Origin: an uncultured Clostridia bacterium
Lineage (GTDB): Bacteria > Bacillota > Clostridia > Christensenellales > CAG-138
Length of the DNA: 64,000 nucleotides
Assembly: GCA_944366945.1 (NCBI GenBank)
Contig: CALVWJ010000002.1
Location: 111,379-175,378, forward strand
Reading direction: 5' to 3'
Each line of letters starts with the position of its first letter. The first letter of the stretch is position 1. Both the position numbers and the translations under genes were made by a program. Shown one piece after another: positions 9,759 to 21,062 of the stretch. The notes under the pieces are model-generated. The model had not been told where the DNA came from. It searched no databases and saw nothing but the letters and a program-made list of their open reading frames with translations.

Positions 9759-10810
9759 CGATTCTCCTCCCGTCGCGCTTCGAGTACACGCCGGCGAAGC
9801 TGCCCGCATGCACCCTCGATGTCCGTTCCCATTTCCCGGCGGATCGTAGCTGAAATGCCCAACTCCGAAAGCCAGCCCATAAACGCCTCCGCTTCCTGGC
9901 GCGTTACTCCCATAAGCGACCGCTCCTCCACATGGTTGAGCGGGATTAAGTTTACATGGCAGTTGATCCCGCGCAGGCGTGACGCCAGTTCCTGCGCATG
10001 CTTGCGCGCACTGTTCATGTTTTGGATGAGCGCGTATTCAAAGATCACGCGCCTTCCCGTGTATTCCGCATATTCTTTGGCCGCGTCAAGCAGCTCCGCC
10101 ATGGGATACGCCGCATTCACCGGCATAAGCATGCTGCGGATGGCATCGTTTGGCGCATGCAGCGAAACGGAAAGCGTTACATGCGGCGCCTCCCGCATAA
10201 ACTTCCGAAGCTGCGGCACAAGCCCGCAGGTGGAAAGCGAAATGTTCCGCGGGCTGATGTTCATGCCTTCTGGCGCAGAAACCAGGCGCAAAAAACGCAC
10301 AACGTTTTCGTAATTGTCGAGCGGTTCTCCGCTGCCCATCAAAACAATGTTCGTAACGGAACGCTTGCGTCCTTCTTCGCAGGGCACATCCCGCTCTGCG
10401 CAGGAAACAAAGCTTAGAATCTCACCCGCCTCCAGATCCCGCACGCAGCCATTGAGCGTGGACGCGCAGAATGCGCAGCCCATGCGGCAGCCTACCTGCG
10501 TGGAAACGCAAAGGGTGTTGCCATACTTATAGCGCATCAATACCCCTTCTACCAGGTTCCCATCCTCCAGTTCGAAGAGATATTTGATTGTTCCATCCTT
10601 TTGAGAAACCCGCCGGTCGAAAATCGACGCGCCGCCATAGGGCATTTGCGCCAGCGTTTCCCTAAGGCGCCGGCTCAAGTTGGTCATCCCCTCGGGCCGC
10701 ACGCCGCGCGCAAGCCACGCAAATATCTGCCCTGCGCGAAATTTGGGCTCGTTGAGCTCCGCCATGAGCGCTTGCAGCTCTTCCATATTTTTTGACGCCA
10801 ATCCCGTCAT
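9755..10810 (-). CDS. rlmN: 23S rRNA m2A2503 radical SAM methyltransferase
   Basis: CRMGCAFC, MGSGEPL, GACGQL. Confidence 0.96.
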   Translation of the reverse strand: MTGLASKNMEELQALMAELNEPKFRAGQIFAWLARGVRPEGMTNLSRRLRETLAQMPYGGASIFDRRVSQKDGTIKYLFELEDGNLVEGVLMRYKYGNTLCVSTQVGCRMGCAFCASTLNGCVRDLEAGEILSFVSCAERDVPCEEGRKRSVTNIVLMGSGEPLDNYENVVRFLRLVSAPEGMNISPRNISLSTCGLVPQLRKFMREAPHVTLSVSLHAPNDAIRSMLMPVNAAYPMAELLDAAKEYAEYTGRRVIFEYALIQNMNSARKHAQELASRLRGINCHVNLIPLNHVEERSLMGVTRQEAEAFMGWLSELGISATIRREMGTDIEGACGQLRRRVLEARREENR

Positions 10811-12123
10811 GGTTCCTCCGCTTGCTTACGCACAAATTTTGCAAGGAAAAAGCCTTCCATGCCATCCAAATGCGGAAAAAGTTGCAGCATCCCGCCCGCC
10901 GCCCGTTCCTGTAGAGATTCCGGCAGGCATGCGCTGAGATCTCCGGCAGAGAATTCCCGATGCCGGTTCAAAAACGCCTTCGCGCACGCCTCGTTTTCCA
11001 AAGGCGAAATGGTGCATGTAGCATATACGAGCGTACCGCCCGGTTTCACATAGCGTGCGCAACAATCGAGCAGTTGCATCTGCAAAGTGGCGAGTTCCGC
11101 AAGAATCTCCTGCGACTTTGCATAGCGTGCATCGGGCTTTCCCTGCACACCAAGCCCAGAGCATGGCGCATCCACCAACACCGCATCGAAAATTCCGTCG
11201 CATTCCGGATGCGGCTTGGATGCATCCCGTTGCTGCACCACGGCGTTCTTCACATGCAGCCGCGCGAGCGTCTTTCTCATGAGTTCGCAGCGGTGCGCAT
11301 GCAGCTCCCACGCATCGATCTTGCCCCCGTTTTCCATTAGCATGGAAAGATACGCCGTTTTGCCGCCGGGGGCAGCGCAGGCATCCAGCACGCACATGCC
11401 ATTTTTCGGTGCAAGCGCGCGGCAAACCAGCATCGCGCTTTCGCTCTGCACGGTGATGGCACCCTCTTGAAACAGCGGCTCTGCCGCTATATCAAACCCT
11501 TTTTCAAGATGCAATGCATCTGCAATGACAGCGCCGCGCGCAAACGGGATTCCCCGCGTTTTCAGTTGCGTTTCAAGCATTTCGGGCGTATACGGCGCCT
11601 GGGCGCGGATGGTAAGCCCCCGCACAGGCGATGCGAGCAGAGCTTCTGTAAACGGCTCGCCATATGCGTCCGCATAAAGGTCGATAAGCCAGCGCGGATA
11701 GCTGTATTGGACGCTCATGCGCTCTCGCGGGTCCTCCGGCAGCGGCACCGGCTTGCCAAGATCGCGGCACAACGCGCGCAAAACCCCGTTTACATAGCCC
11801 GCAAGCGCGCCTTTCCCAATTTCTTTGGCAAGCTTTACGCTTTCATTGCAGGCCGCGCTCGGCGGCACATCCATGAACATGGCCTGGCAGGCCCCCATCC
11901 GTAAAATGCCGCGTATGGCGGGTTTTTGCCGCCCGGAGATATACCGTGCAAGCACATAATCGATATAGAGAAGGTGATCGAGCGTTTCATAGACCGCCGC
12001 ACTCACCCATTTTGCATCCGTTCGCGCCAAACCGCGCTCAGCTTCCTTGAGGCGCAAGTTCGCATATGCGCCGCCATCGGTAATATCAAGCAGCGCTGCA
12101 AGCGCAACGCGCCGCACGCTCAT
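10807..12123 (-). CDS. rsmB: 16S rRNA m5C967 methyltransferase
   Basis: NusB-like N-terminus, DACAAPGGKT, DAPCSG, YATCT. Confidence 0.96.
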   Translation of the reverse strand: MSVRRVALAALLDITDGGAYANLRLKEAERGLARTDAKWVSAAVYETLDHLLYIDYVLARYISGRQKPAIRGILRMGACQAMFMDVPPSAACNESVKLAKEIGKGALAGYVNGVLRALCRDLGKPVPLPEDPRERMSVQYSYPRWLIDLYADAYGEPFTEALLASPVRGLTIRAQAPYTPEMLETQLKTRGIPFARGAVIADALHLEKGFDIAAEPLFQEGAITVQSESAMLVCRALAPKNGMCVLDACAAPGGKTAYLSMLMENGGKIDAWELHAHRCELMRKTLARLHVKNAVVQQRDASKPHPECDGIFDAVLVDAPCSGLGVQGKPDARYAKSQEILAELATLQMQLLDCCARYVKPGGTLVYATCTISPLENEACAKAFLNRHREFSAGDLSACLPESLQERAAGGMLQLFPHLDGMEGFFLAKFVRKQAEEP

Positions 12124-13046
12124 ACAAGCACCTTCCCGGAAAGGTCATGGCCGCGCAACGCCGTTTTTGCGTCCATGCGTTTCGCGCCGGGGAACTGCAG
12201 TTCCAAAATCTCCAGCACACCATCGCCTGCATCCACAAAAAGCCCCTGCCGCGGATCTGCAATGAGGCATGTGCCCGGCCGACCTTCCGGCGGGAGCGCT
12301 GTTTTTCTCGTTCTCCAAAGTTTCACCGTTTCCCCTTCGCACAGCGCATATGCGCCGGGCCAGGGATTCATGCCGCGCACGCGGTCGTGCGCCTGCTGCA
12401 TGCCATCTGCAAATGCCACATGCCCGTCTTCTTTTTTCAGCATGCTGCATTTTGTTGCACGCGCTGCATCCTGCGGGGTGCGCGTGAGCGTCCCATTTTC
12501 AAGCGCCGCTATCGTATCGGAAAGCACCTCAGCGCCCAGAACAGCAAGGCGTTCAAACAGCTCACCCGCTGTTTCATCCTCCCCGATGGGCGTGCTGCGC
12601 GCAAGCAGGATATCCCCCGTATCAAGACCGACATCCGTCATCATTGTGGTCACGCCCGTCTCTTTTTCCCCATGGATCACAGCCCATTGAATGGGCGCTG
12701 CTCCCCGGTATTTGGGAAGCAGGCTCCCATGCACGTTGATGCACCCATATTGGGGAATGGAGAGATTTTCGGCCGAAAGGATTTGCCCAAAGGCGGCCGT
12801 AACCATCAGCTCGGGCGCAAACGCACGCAAAGCGGCTACGCCTTCCGGCATGCGGATCTTTTCACATTGAAACACCGGGATTCCATGCGCGCATGCAAGC
12901 TTTTTAACCGGCGGCGGCGTCAGCACAGCATGGCGCCCGACGGGCCGGTCCGGCTGGGTAAACACCTGCAGCGTATGCCCTGCACGGATAAGCATTGCAA
13001 GCGACGGCACGGCAAAATCCGGCGTGCCGAGGAACGCAATCCTCAT
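12120..13046 (-). CDS. fmt: Methionyl-tRNA formyltransferase
   Basis: FLGTPDF, TQPDRP, INVHGSLLPKYRGAAP. Confidence 0.97.
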   Translation of the reverse strand: MRIAFLGTPDFAVPSLAMLIRAGHTLQVFTQPDRPVGRHAVLTPPPVKKLACAHGIPVFQCEKIRMPEGVAALRAFAPELMVTAAFGQILSAENLSIPQYGCINVHGSLLPKYRGAAPIQWAVIHGEKETGVTTMMTDVGLDTGDILLARSTPIGEDETAGELFERLAVLGAEVLSDTIAALENGTLTRTPQDAARATKCSMLKKEDGHVAFADGMQQAHDRVRGMNPWPGAYALCEGETVKLWRTRKTALPPEGRPGTCLIADPRQGLFVDAGDGVLEILELQFPGAKRMDAKTALRGHDLSGKVLV

Positions 13047-13522
13047 GCATCCTCCTCCGTATCCTCTGTATATCCTTCGGGCGGCTCGGTTACAAGGCGT
13101 TTATAGTTTAGGCCTTCCAAGTGGTCCGTTTCGTGCAGAATGGCACGGGCAAACAGCTCTTCCGCTTCATATTCGCACAGGTTCCCCTTGCGGTCGTATG
13201 CGCGCACGCGCACATAATTGGGGCGCACAACATAACCTTTTTCGCCCGGGAAAGAAAGGCAGCCTTCAAAGCAGCCCTGCTCACCGGAAGTTTCAAGGAT
13301 TTCCGGATTGATCAGCTCAACAAGCCCATCTCCGCAGTCGATCACAACTGCGCGGCGCAAAATGCCGACCTGCGGTGCCGCAAGGCCAACGCCTTCGGCA
13401 TCATACATGGTTTCCGCCATGTCGTCCAGCAGCGCGCCAAGGCGCGCATCAAAATGTTCTACAGGACGGCATTTTTTATAAAGGCATGCCGCGTTTCCCG
13501 TAAAGATTTTCCGTTTTCCCAT
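13043..13522 (-). CDS. def: Peptide deformylase
   Basis: GVGLAAPQVG, EGCLS, HETDH; start at MGKRK after GAAGGAG. Confidence 0.96.
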   Translation of the reverse strand: MGKRKIFTGNAACLYKKCRPVEHFDARLGALLDDMAETMYDAEGVGLAAPQVGILRRAVVIDCGDGLVELINPEILETSGEQGCFEGCLSFPGEKGYVVRPNYVRVRAYDRKGNLCEYEAEELFARAILHETDHLEGLNYKRLVTEPPEGYTEDTEEDA

Positions 13523-13640
13523 TCGTTTTCTCCTTCGCTGCATCACATCGTGATTGCGTATCATAATATTATAGCCCATTTCTCCCCATAGAAGCAAGCA
13601 AACGCCGCAAAAAGCCGCATTTCCTGCCGCTTTTCACGCA

Positions 13641-15908
13641 TTAGACCATGCTTCCTGGGTTAATCTCCACATCCCCCATGCCTGCCTTCCAATGCGCATC
13701 ATGATAGGCATACGCAGCCCGCACCGCTGCGGCTGTATGCTTGGTGCGCGCAAGCCGCGCCAACACTTGATAGCGATAAAGCCCTTCCCGGCGCTTTACC
13801 GGGGCAGGCGCTGCATCCAGCAGCAAAAGCTCCTGCGCCGTGCCGCCTGCCTGAACGAGCGCATCTTCGATCGACTGGCGGAGCCTCTCTGCGCAGCGTG
13901 CGGCATCTTCTGCAAGCGCAGCTTCATCATGTCCTGTAAGCACGACCCGCAGGAACAGCGCAAACGGTGGGAAGAGCGCTGCCCGGCGCATTGCGATTTC
14001 ATATTGGTAGAAACCTGGATAATCATGCCGTGCCGCAAAGCCGATGACCGGATGCTCCGGCGTGTAGGTCTGCACAATCACGCGTCCAGGCTTATCCGCG
14101 CGGCCTGCCCGGCCGGCCACCTGCGTCAAGAGTTGGAATGTGCGCTCCCCACTCCGGTAATCGGGGATATAAAGCATAGCGTCCGCTGCGATCACGCCAA
14201 CGAGCGTTACGTTTGGAATGTCAAGCCCCTTTGCGATCATTTGCGTGCCGATAAGGACCTGCGCTTCACCGCGCGTAAAGCGGCCAAGCAGCGCTTCATG
14301 CGCATTTTTTGTGCGCGTGGTATCAAGGTCCATCCGCACGGCGGAAACGCCCGGAAACTGCGCTGCAAGCTGCTCTTCCACCTGCTGCGTTCCTACGCCA
14401 AACCCTTTAAGATACGGTTTTCCGCATTCCGGGCAAACCTTTGGGATGCGCGCAGTGCGCCCGCAATAATGGCATTTCATCACGCCTTCGAGCTTGTGGT
14501 AGGTCATCGAAACATCGCAATCCGGGCATTTCACCACATATCCGCACCCGCGGCAGGAGACGAACGTGGAATATCCGCGCCGGTTCATAAAGAGGATCGC
14601 CTGCTCCCCCGCGCTGAGGCACTGGCCGAGCGCAGCATGCAGCGGTGCGCTGAAAATGCTGTTATTCCCTGCGCGAAACTCGTTGCGCAGATCCACGATC
14701 TCCACTTGCGGCATAGGCTGGCCGTTGATGCGTTCTGGAAGCGTTAAAAGCCGGTATATGCCCTTGAGGCCGCGCCGATAGCTTGCCACAGAAGGCGTTG
14801 CGCTTCCAAGCACAAGCACTGCTTGATTGAGCTTCGCGCGCTTTGCAGCGACCTCCAGCGCGCTATAGCGCGGAGCAAGTTCGGAATGATAGGATGGCTC
14901 GTGCTCCTCATCCACCACAATAAGCTTCAACCCCGTAAGCGGCGCGAACACCGCGCTGCGCGCGCCAATGACCACATCCACTTTTCCTAGCCGGATCCGC
15001 CTCCACTCATCATACCGTTCGCCCGGTGAAAGGCGGCTGTGCAAAACGGCAACGCGCGCGCCAAAACGGCTGCGGAAGCGCTCCATGGCCTGCGGCGTGA
15101 GCGAGATCTCCGGCACGAGCACAATTGCCTTCCCGCCTTCTTGCATCACGCGGGCAACAGCCTGCAGATAAACCTCGGTCTTTCCGCTTCCCGTTACGCC
15201 ATAAAGCAGGCATGTGCCTCCACCCTGTTCCACGGATTGCATGATCCCATCAAACGCGGCCTGCTGCTGCGGCGTAAACGGCAGCGCCTTCCCGGGTGTT
15301 TCCACCGCCGTACGGAACGGGCTGCGGAAGGTCTCCTGCCCTTCCTCTTCCAGAATTCCCTTTTTTAGCAGCGCCGCCACCGCGCCGGATGCGCCGGGCA
15401 CGAACGCGCAGAGATCCGCTGTGCTCATATACGTTCCCGCCTGCGCGACGAGATCCAGGACTTCCGTCTGTTTGGGCGCGCGTGAAACGCCTGTTTTCGT
15501 TAAAAGCGCTGCCTTTGCTGCCGCTAGATCTACGCCGGGCCTTAAGCGCACGGTGCGCACCGTCTTTTCTTTTACACGGCCTCCGCGCATCTGCGCTGGA
15601 ATCAAAAGGCGCAATGCATCTACAAGCAGGCAATGGTAGGCTTCCGCAATCCAGTACGAAAGAGCGATCTGTTCTTCCGTCAGCGCAGGATAGGGTTCCA
15701 TTGTGCGCAGGATTGGCTTAAGGGCAAGCTGTTCCACATCCGTTTCCGATGATATTGCCAGAACGAAGCCTTCCGTTTTCCGGTTCCCCGCGCCAAACGG
15801 CACGAGCACCCGGTGGCCCGGCTGCACGGCGATGCCTTCCGGTATTTCATAGGTGAACAGCCTGTCCACATTCGCATGGGCAATATCGATGATAACGCGC
15901 GCGTACAT
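13641..15908 (-). CDS. priA: Primosomal protein N'
   Basis: GVTGSGKT, DEEH, four CxxC motifs, QVAGRAGR. Confidence 0.97.
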   Translation of the reverse strand: MYARVIIDIAHANVDRLFTYEIPEGIAVQPGHRVLVPFGAGNRKTEGFVLAISSETDVEQLALKPILRTMEPYPALTEEQIALSYWIAEAYHCLLVDALRLLIPAQMRGGRVKEKTVRTVRLRPGVDLAAAKAALLTKTGVSRAPKQTEVLDLVAQAGTYMSTADLCAFVPGASGAVAALLKKGILEEEGQETFRSPFRTAVETPGKALPFTPQQQAAFDGIMQSVEQGGGTCLLYGVTGSGKTEVYLQAVARVMQEGGKAIVLVPEISLTPQAMERFRSRFGARVAVLHSRLSPGERYDEWRRIRLGKVDVVIGARSAVFAPLTGLKLIVVDEEHEPSYHSELAPRYSALEVAAKRAKLNQAVLVLGSATPSVASYRRGLKGIYRLLTLPERINGQPMPQVEIVDLRNEFRAGNNSIFSAPLHAALGQCLSAGEQAILFMNRRGYSTFVSCRGCGYVVKCPDCDVSMTYHKLEGVMKCHYCGRTARIPKVCPECGKPYLKGFGVGTQQVEEQLAAQFPGVSAVRMDLDTTRTKNAHEALLGRFTRGEAQVLIGTQMIAKGLDIPNVTLVGVIAADAMLYIPDYRSGERTFQLLTQVAGRAGRADKPGRVIVQTYTPEHPVIGFAARHDYPGFYQYEIAMRRAALFPPFALFLRVVLTGHDEAALAEDAARCAERLRQSIEDALVQAGGTAQELLLLDAAPAPVKRREGLYRYQVLARLARTKHTAAAVRAAYAYHDAHWKAGMGDVEINPGSMV

Positions 15909-16101
15909 GCTGTTCCTCCTAACTTCCATAAATCTTCAATTTATTATAGCATATGCATGGATGCAACAAAAGAGGGCCATGCCGAGGCCTCATCATGCAA
16001 AAAGCAAGCGGTTTTCCTTTTACGCGCCGTTCTCTCCATTCTGCAAAAAGCCCTCTGCCATTTCTGGCAGAGGGCATGCGTTTGAACACACGGTATTTGC
16101 T

Positions 16102-17736
16102 TTACCTGCGCTTGAGGATGCGCTCCCACTTGTCCACAAGGGTCCGCACGTCCTCTTCCATGATCTCGGCGCGCAGCGCGGCAGAAGCGTCTGCTTTCCA
16201 ATCCGTGCTGTCCAGGAGGGCCCGTAGGCGCTCGACTTGCGTGCGCAGGTTCTGCGCATAGCGCAGCTCGGCAAGCTCCTCTGCGGCAGCAGGCGCAACT
16301 GCGGTTTCCGGCGTTTTGGCCACGCCGCCCGGAAGCAGCGTAAACTCTTCAAGAAGCGCAGGAACCTCAACATTATAGCCGAGCGCATGCACCGCGCTTG
16401 AAAAGCTATCCAGCACTTCCGCCTCACCATGCACAAAGAACGTGCAAATGGGCTTATTGCCAATACCCTCAATCCATTCGATCAGCTCATCGCGCCCGGC
16501 ATGGCCGGAAAAGCCTTCAATGCGCTCAATCGCAGCGTTTACACGCACATCTTCACCGAAAAGGCGCACCTTTTTCACGCCATCGAGCAAGATGCGGCCC
16601 AGCGTGCCTTCTGCCTGGTATCCTGCAAACACGATTGTGGAATCCGCACGGTACAGGTTATGCTTAAGATGGTGGCGAATGCGGCCTGCATCGCACATGC
16701 CGGAAGAGGAAATGATGATGTTGCAGCCAGGCTGCGTGTTGATGAGCTTGCTTTCATCCGCAGTCACCGCAACGCGCAGCGTTGGAAAATCAAACGGCGA
16801 ACCGGATTTTGCCATCTCGCGCGCTTCTTCATCGTAATACCCTTCCGCGCATTTTTCATAGATCTTTGTTGCGTTAATGCCAAGCGGGCTGTCGATATAA
16901 ACGGGCACATTTTCCAGGCCTGGCACGGCGTTTTTCATCAGAAGGCGTTTAATATAATAAAGGAGTTCCTGCGTCCTTCCAACCGCAAAGGATGGGATCA
17001 CGATGTTGCCACCGCGGGCGATACCCATCTTGAGCACAGAAATCAAATGTGCTTCTTTGGCCTCCGCAGTAGATTCTTGATGGTTGCGGTCGCCGTAGGT
17101 GCCTTCGATGACGAGGTAATCCGCGCCTTTCACCTGCTGCGGATCGCAGATGATCGGGCGTTCCTCGCGTCCGATATCCCCGGAAAAGACGATCTTCGTA
17201 GTCTTCCCATCTTCTTCCACCCACACCTCGATGGAAGCGGACCCCAAAAGATGCCCAATATCGTTAAAGCGCGCCGTAATACCGGGAGCTATTGTAACGA
17301 TCTTCCCATAGGATGTGGAAACAAATTGCTTGAGAGCGTTCTGCGCATCCTGCACAGTATAAAGCGGCTCTGCAGGTGCCTTGCCTGCACGGAGATTTTT
17401 GCGAGTTTGATATTCGGCTTCCTGTTCCTGGATGTGGCCGCTATCCGGCAGCATAATGCTGGAGAGCTGCGTCGTAGCTTCGGTTGCAATCACGTTCCCC
17501 GTAAAGCCCTGCTTAACGAGCAGCGGGATTAAGCCCGCATGGTCAATGTGCGCATGGGTTAAAAGGACAGTGTCAATCTCCGCCGGGCTAAATGGAAATT
17601 TGTCCTCCCCAAATTCCGTCTTTTTATCTGCCCCCTGGCGCATGCCGCAATCGATTAGGATCTTCTTGCCGTTTGCGCTGAGCATATGGCAGGAACCCGT
17701 TACGCTGCGCGCTGCGCCGCAAAACCGTAGTTTCAT
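16102..17736 (-). CDS. MBL-fold beta-CASP ribonuclease-like protein
   Basis: VTGSCH, THAHIDH, GHLLGSA, FSGHA, VHGE; start at MKLRFCG. Confidence 0.9.
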   Translation of the reverse strand: MKLRFCGAARSVTGSCHMLSANGKKILIDCGMRQGADKKTEFGEDKFPFSPAEIDTVLLTHAHIDHAGLIPLLVKQGFTGNVIATEATTQLSSIMLPDSGHIQEQEAEYQTRKNLRAGKAPAEPLYTVQDAQNALKQFVSTSYGKIVTIAPGITARFNDIGHLLGSASIEVWVEEDGKTTKIVFSGDIGREERPIICDPQQVKGADYLVIEGTYGDRNHQESTAEAKEAHLISVLKMGIARGGNIVIPSFAVGRTQELLYYIKRLLMKNAVPGLENVPVYIDSPLGINATKIYEKCAEGYYDEEAREMAKSGSPFDFPTLRVAVTADESKLINTQPGCNIIISSSGMCDAGRIRHHLKHNLYRADSTIVFAGYQAEGTLGRILLDGVKKVRLFGEDVRVNAAIERIEGFSGHAGRDELIEWIEGIGNKPICTFFVHGEAEVLDSFSSAVHALGYNVEVPALLEEFTLLPGGVAKTPETAVAPAAAEELAELRYAQNLRTQVERLRALLDSTDWKADASAALRAEIMEEDVRTLVDKWERILKRR

Positions 17737-18018
17737 AGCATTTCCCTTTCTTAATTTAAGCGTTCTATAAACTGCTTTTAACTTTTTTATTATACGCCAT
17801 CTCCGCAAAATGAACAAGCGGCGTCAGTCCATATCCGGCTTCCCAAAAGTGAAATTTATGGAAAGAAGCCCTGGCATTTCTGCGATCGAATGCATGCCCT
17901 CCCAGTTTTTTACGCAGGCGCAAACCGTGTGCTCCATTCACTTCCGCTTCTCTGCACCCCTAAATTGGCACTTTGATCAGCGGCTTGCTTGACTCAACAC
18001 CTATGTGTGCCCGAATGC

Positions 18019-18050
18019 AAAAGCGTGCCGCGGGAATTCCCGCAGCACGC
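18019..18050 (-). terminator. Intrinsic terminator after the SEC-C gene
   Basis: GCGTGCTGCGGG-AATT-CCCGCGGCACGC-TTTT. Confidence 0.65.
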
Positions 18051-18059
18051 AAAGCTTTT

Positions 18060-18563
18060 TTATTGATCTTTACCGCAGCACTTCTTGTATTTCTTGCCGC
18101 TGCCACAGGGGCAGGGGTCGTTGCGGCCAATATTCTTTTCTTTTACAAATACCTTGGAAGCACGAAATTCCTTGGTAATCTCATGGCGCTTTTCCTCGGA
18201 GAGCACAGCGTCCCACTCCTTTAAATGATAGAGCCAATCTGCCTTTGCATCGAGCATGTTAAAATAGAGCTTTTCGAAATCAACATCCAGCGTAAGCGCT
18301 GTATCGCTCGCAAGGCTTTCCAGATCGAGTTCCTGTTTTAGGCTCGTGTTGATACCATCCAGGAAGCCAAGAAAGGTAACTGCATCCATGCCAAAGGTTT
18401 CTGCAAGCGCACTCAGTTCGCCCGAAAACGCTTTTTCATGGTTGGCAAGAATCTTTTTGTAGTTTTCCGTTTCGAGATCAAAATAATCGTTCCAAAACTT
18501 TTGCTGCTCGTGTGGCGTGCGCTGCGCATCGGCCCGCTCACGCCAATCCGTATAAAGGCTCAT
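18060..18563 (-). CDS. SEC-C metal-binding motif protein
   Basis: C-terminal [19 protein letters not shown]. Confidence 0.9.
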   Translation of the reverse strand: MSLYTDWRERADAQRTPHEQQKFWNDYFDLETENYKKILANHEKAFSGELSALAETFGMDAVTFLGFLDGINTSLKQELDLESLASDTALTLDVDFEKLYFNMLDAKADWLYHLKEWDAVLSEEKRHEITKEFRASKVFVKEKNIGRNDPCPCGSGKKYKKCCGKDQ

Positions 18564-18637
18564 TCGTATCTCCCCCATGATCGGGCGGGCGGCAAATGCC
18601 GCCCGCCGCAGTAATTTCTTCTCTTATGGTACTGGAT

Positions 18638-19849
18638 TTACAGCGCCGCGTCAAGATATTCCTTAACTTTGAGGATAAAGCCTTCGGTGGAAAGAACGGT
18701 TTTATTCTCCATATCGGCAAGGAGCGCAAGGTCCTTGGTCATGAACCCATCCTCAATGCACTTCAAGGAAGCCTGCTCCAGCTTCTCGCCAAAGGCTACG
18801 AGTTCGGGAATATTGTCCATCTCGCCGCGCTTTTTGAGCGCGCCCGTCCACGCGAAGAGGGTCGCCATGGAGTTGGTGGAAGTGGATTCGCCTTCCAAGT
18901 GCTTATAATAGTGGCGGGTCACGGTGCCGTGCGCAGCCTCATATTCGTAATTGCCATCCGGAGAAACCAGCACGCTCGTCATCATAGCGAGGGAACCGAA
19001 TGCGGTTGCCACCATGTCGCTCATAACGTCGCCATCATAGTTCTTGCAGGCCCAGATGAAGCCGCCTTCGGAGCGGATCACGCGCGCCACAGCATCATCG
19101 ATCAGCGTGTAGAAGTAGGTGATGCCCGCCTGTTCAAACTTCGCCTTATACTCGGCATCGTAGATTTCCTGGAAGATATCTTTGAAGGTGTGGTCATACT
19201 TCTTGGAGATGGTATCCTTGGCTGAGAACCAGAGATCCTGCTTGGTTGCGAGCGCATAGTTAAAGCAGGCGCGCGCGAAGCTCTGGATGGAATCATCCTT
19301 GTTATAGGTGCCCATCAGCACGCCAGGGCACTTAAATTCGAACACAGTCTCATGGAAAAGCTCTTTGCCATCCGCATCCTTGAAAAGGATCTCCGCAGTG
19401 CCCGGGCCGGGGACGCGGTATTCCGTGCACTTATAGATGTCGCCATAAGCGTGACGGGCGATGGTGATGGGCTTTACCCAGCTGCGCACGGAGGGTTTCA
19501 AGCAGGGCAGCGTAATGGGCGTGCGGAACACGGTGCCATCCAGGATTGCGCGGATGGTGCCGTTCGGGCTCTTATACATCTTTTTGAGGTTATACTCGGT
19601 TACGCGCTGCGCATTTGGCGTGATCGTTGCGCACTTCACGCCCACGCCGTATTTTTTGACGGCCTCGGCAGCCTGCACGGTAATCTGGTCATCCGTCTCA
19701 TCACGGGAAGGAAGGCCGAGGTCGTAATACTCGGTTTTTAGGTCAATATAGGGCGTCAGAAGATGATCCTTGATCATCTTCCAGATGATGCGGGTCATTT
19801 CGTCGCCATCCATCTCTACGAGGGGGGTACGCATCTGAATCTTGCTCAT
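18638..19849 (-). CDS. icd: NADP-dependent isocitrate dehydrogenase
   Basis: [43 protein letters not shown]. Confidence 0.97.
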   Translation of the reverse strand: MSKIQMRTPLVEMDGDEMTRIIWKMIKDHLLTPYIDLKTEYYDLGLPSRDETDDQITVQAAEAVKKYGVGVKCATITPNAQRVTEYNLKKMYKSPNGTIRAILDGTVFRTPITLPCLKPSVRSWVKPITIARHAYGDIYKCTEYRVPGPGTAEILFKDADGKELFHETVFEFKCPGVLMGTYNKDDSIQSFARACFNYALATKQDLWFSAKDTISKKYDHTFKDIFQEIYDAEYKAKFEQAGITYFYTLIDDAVARVIRSEGGFIWACKNYDGDVMSDMVATAFGSLAMMTSVLVSPDGNYEYEAAHGTVTRHYYKHLEGESTSTNSMATLFAWTGALKKRGEMDNIPELVAFGEKLEQASLKCIEDGFMTKDLALLADMENKTVLSTEGFILKVKEYLDAAL

Positions 19850-19870
19850 TGCTGCTCTGCTCTCCTTTGT

Positions 19871-21043
19871 TTATTTCTTGATTGATTTTGTGCCGTTCAT
19901 CATCTTTGTCAAGATCTCGGAATCATATGCAAACGTGGATTCGTTCTTCTGCACCAGTGCTTCATGCGCATATTCAACGAGTTGGTCCACAAGTTGCCGG
20001 AAGGAAATGCCCATTGGCTCGAAAAGATAGAACGCAAACGAACCCGGGATGGTGTTGATCTCGCAAACATAGAGTGCATCTGTTTGGGGATCAATCATGT
20101 AATCGACACGCACGACGCCCTTGCACTCGAGCATCTTAAAGATTTCCACGGTATAGTCCTGGATCTGCCTGGTCATGGCATCGGGAATCGGCGCAGGAAT
20201 CTTCCTGGCCAGGTTTTCCATGCCCTTTCCGCCACCGCGCATATATTTTTGATCGAAGCTCAAAAACGCTTCCCATGAAACCGGCTGCTCGCACAACGAA
20301 GGGGTCGCCTTGCCGCCAAACCCCAAGCAGGCACAGTTGATCTCAACCGGTTTTTCCAGCCCTTTTTCAATCAAGATGCGCCGGTCGTAAGCGCAGGCAA
20401 TAGCCATTGCCTGCTCAAACGAAGCGCGATCCACCGCGCGGCTGATGCCAATGGAAGAGCCGAGATTTGCCGGTTTCACATAAACCGGGTAACCGAGCGC
20501 CTCCGCCCGAGCTGTCACCGCAGCGGGATCCTCCTGCCATTCGCTGCGGTGGCAGAAGGTGCTTGCAAGCACGGGGAGCCCCATGCTCTGAAACACGGCC
20601 TTCATGATAATCTTATCCATGCCGACGGCAGAGCCTGTCACGCCGCAGCTCGTATAAGGGATGTTTGCAAGCTCCAGCAGCCCTTGCACAGTGCCATCCT
20701 CGCCATGCATGCCATGCAGCGCAAGCAGTGCGCAATCGATCGCAGCAACTTTCTGCGATTTTCCTCCAAATAGGCCGCCCTGCCCGAGCGTATAAAGGCC
20801 GCCCATACCCGGCACGGGGGGCAGGATCACGCGAGTGATCCCCTTCGCTTCCGGGTTAAAATCCCGGTAAGTTTCCACTTTGCGCAGCGGTTCGCCCGTA
20901 AACCATTCTCCCTTGCGGGAAATATATACCGGGAAAGCATTGTATTTATTCTTATCCGCGTTCTCCAAAACCTGCAGGCCGGAAATGATGGAAACATCGT
21001 GCTCCGCCGCACGGCTGCCAAAAATCACAGCAAGGTTCTGCAT
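19871..21043 (-). CDS. ddl: D-alanine--D-alanine ligase family protein
   Basis: EHDVSIIS, HGMHGEDGTVQG, VKPANLGSSIGI, EINTIPG; start at MQNLAV. Confidence 0.9.
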   Translation of the reverse strand: MQNLAVIFGSRAAEHDVSIISGLQVLENADKNKYNAFPVYISRKGEWFTGEPLRKVETYRDFNPEAKGITRVILPPVPGMGGLYTLGQGGLFGGKSQKVAAIDCALLALHGMHGEDGTVQGLLELANIPYTSCGVTGSAVGMDKIIMKAVFQSMGLPVLASTFCHRSEWQEDPAAVTARAEALGYPVYVKPANLGSSIGISRAVDRASFEQAMAIACAYDRRILIEKGLEKPVEINCACLGFGGKATPSLCEQPVSWEAFLSFDQKYMRGGGKGMENLARKIPAPIPDAMTRQIQDYTVEIFKMLECKGVVRVDYMIDPQTDALYVCEINTIPGSFAFYLFEPMGISFRQLVDQLVEYAHEALVQKNESTFAYDSEILTKMMNGTKSIKK

Positions 21044-21062
21044 CGCTTTCTTTCTCCCTTCT

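Noticed and set aside
19871-21043. Van-type D-Ala-D-Lac ligase, given the nearby VanZ-like gene
   Set aside because: Omega loop keeps KY (SFDQKY) as in D-Ala-D-Ala ligases; no vanH, vanX or vanRS
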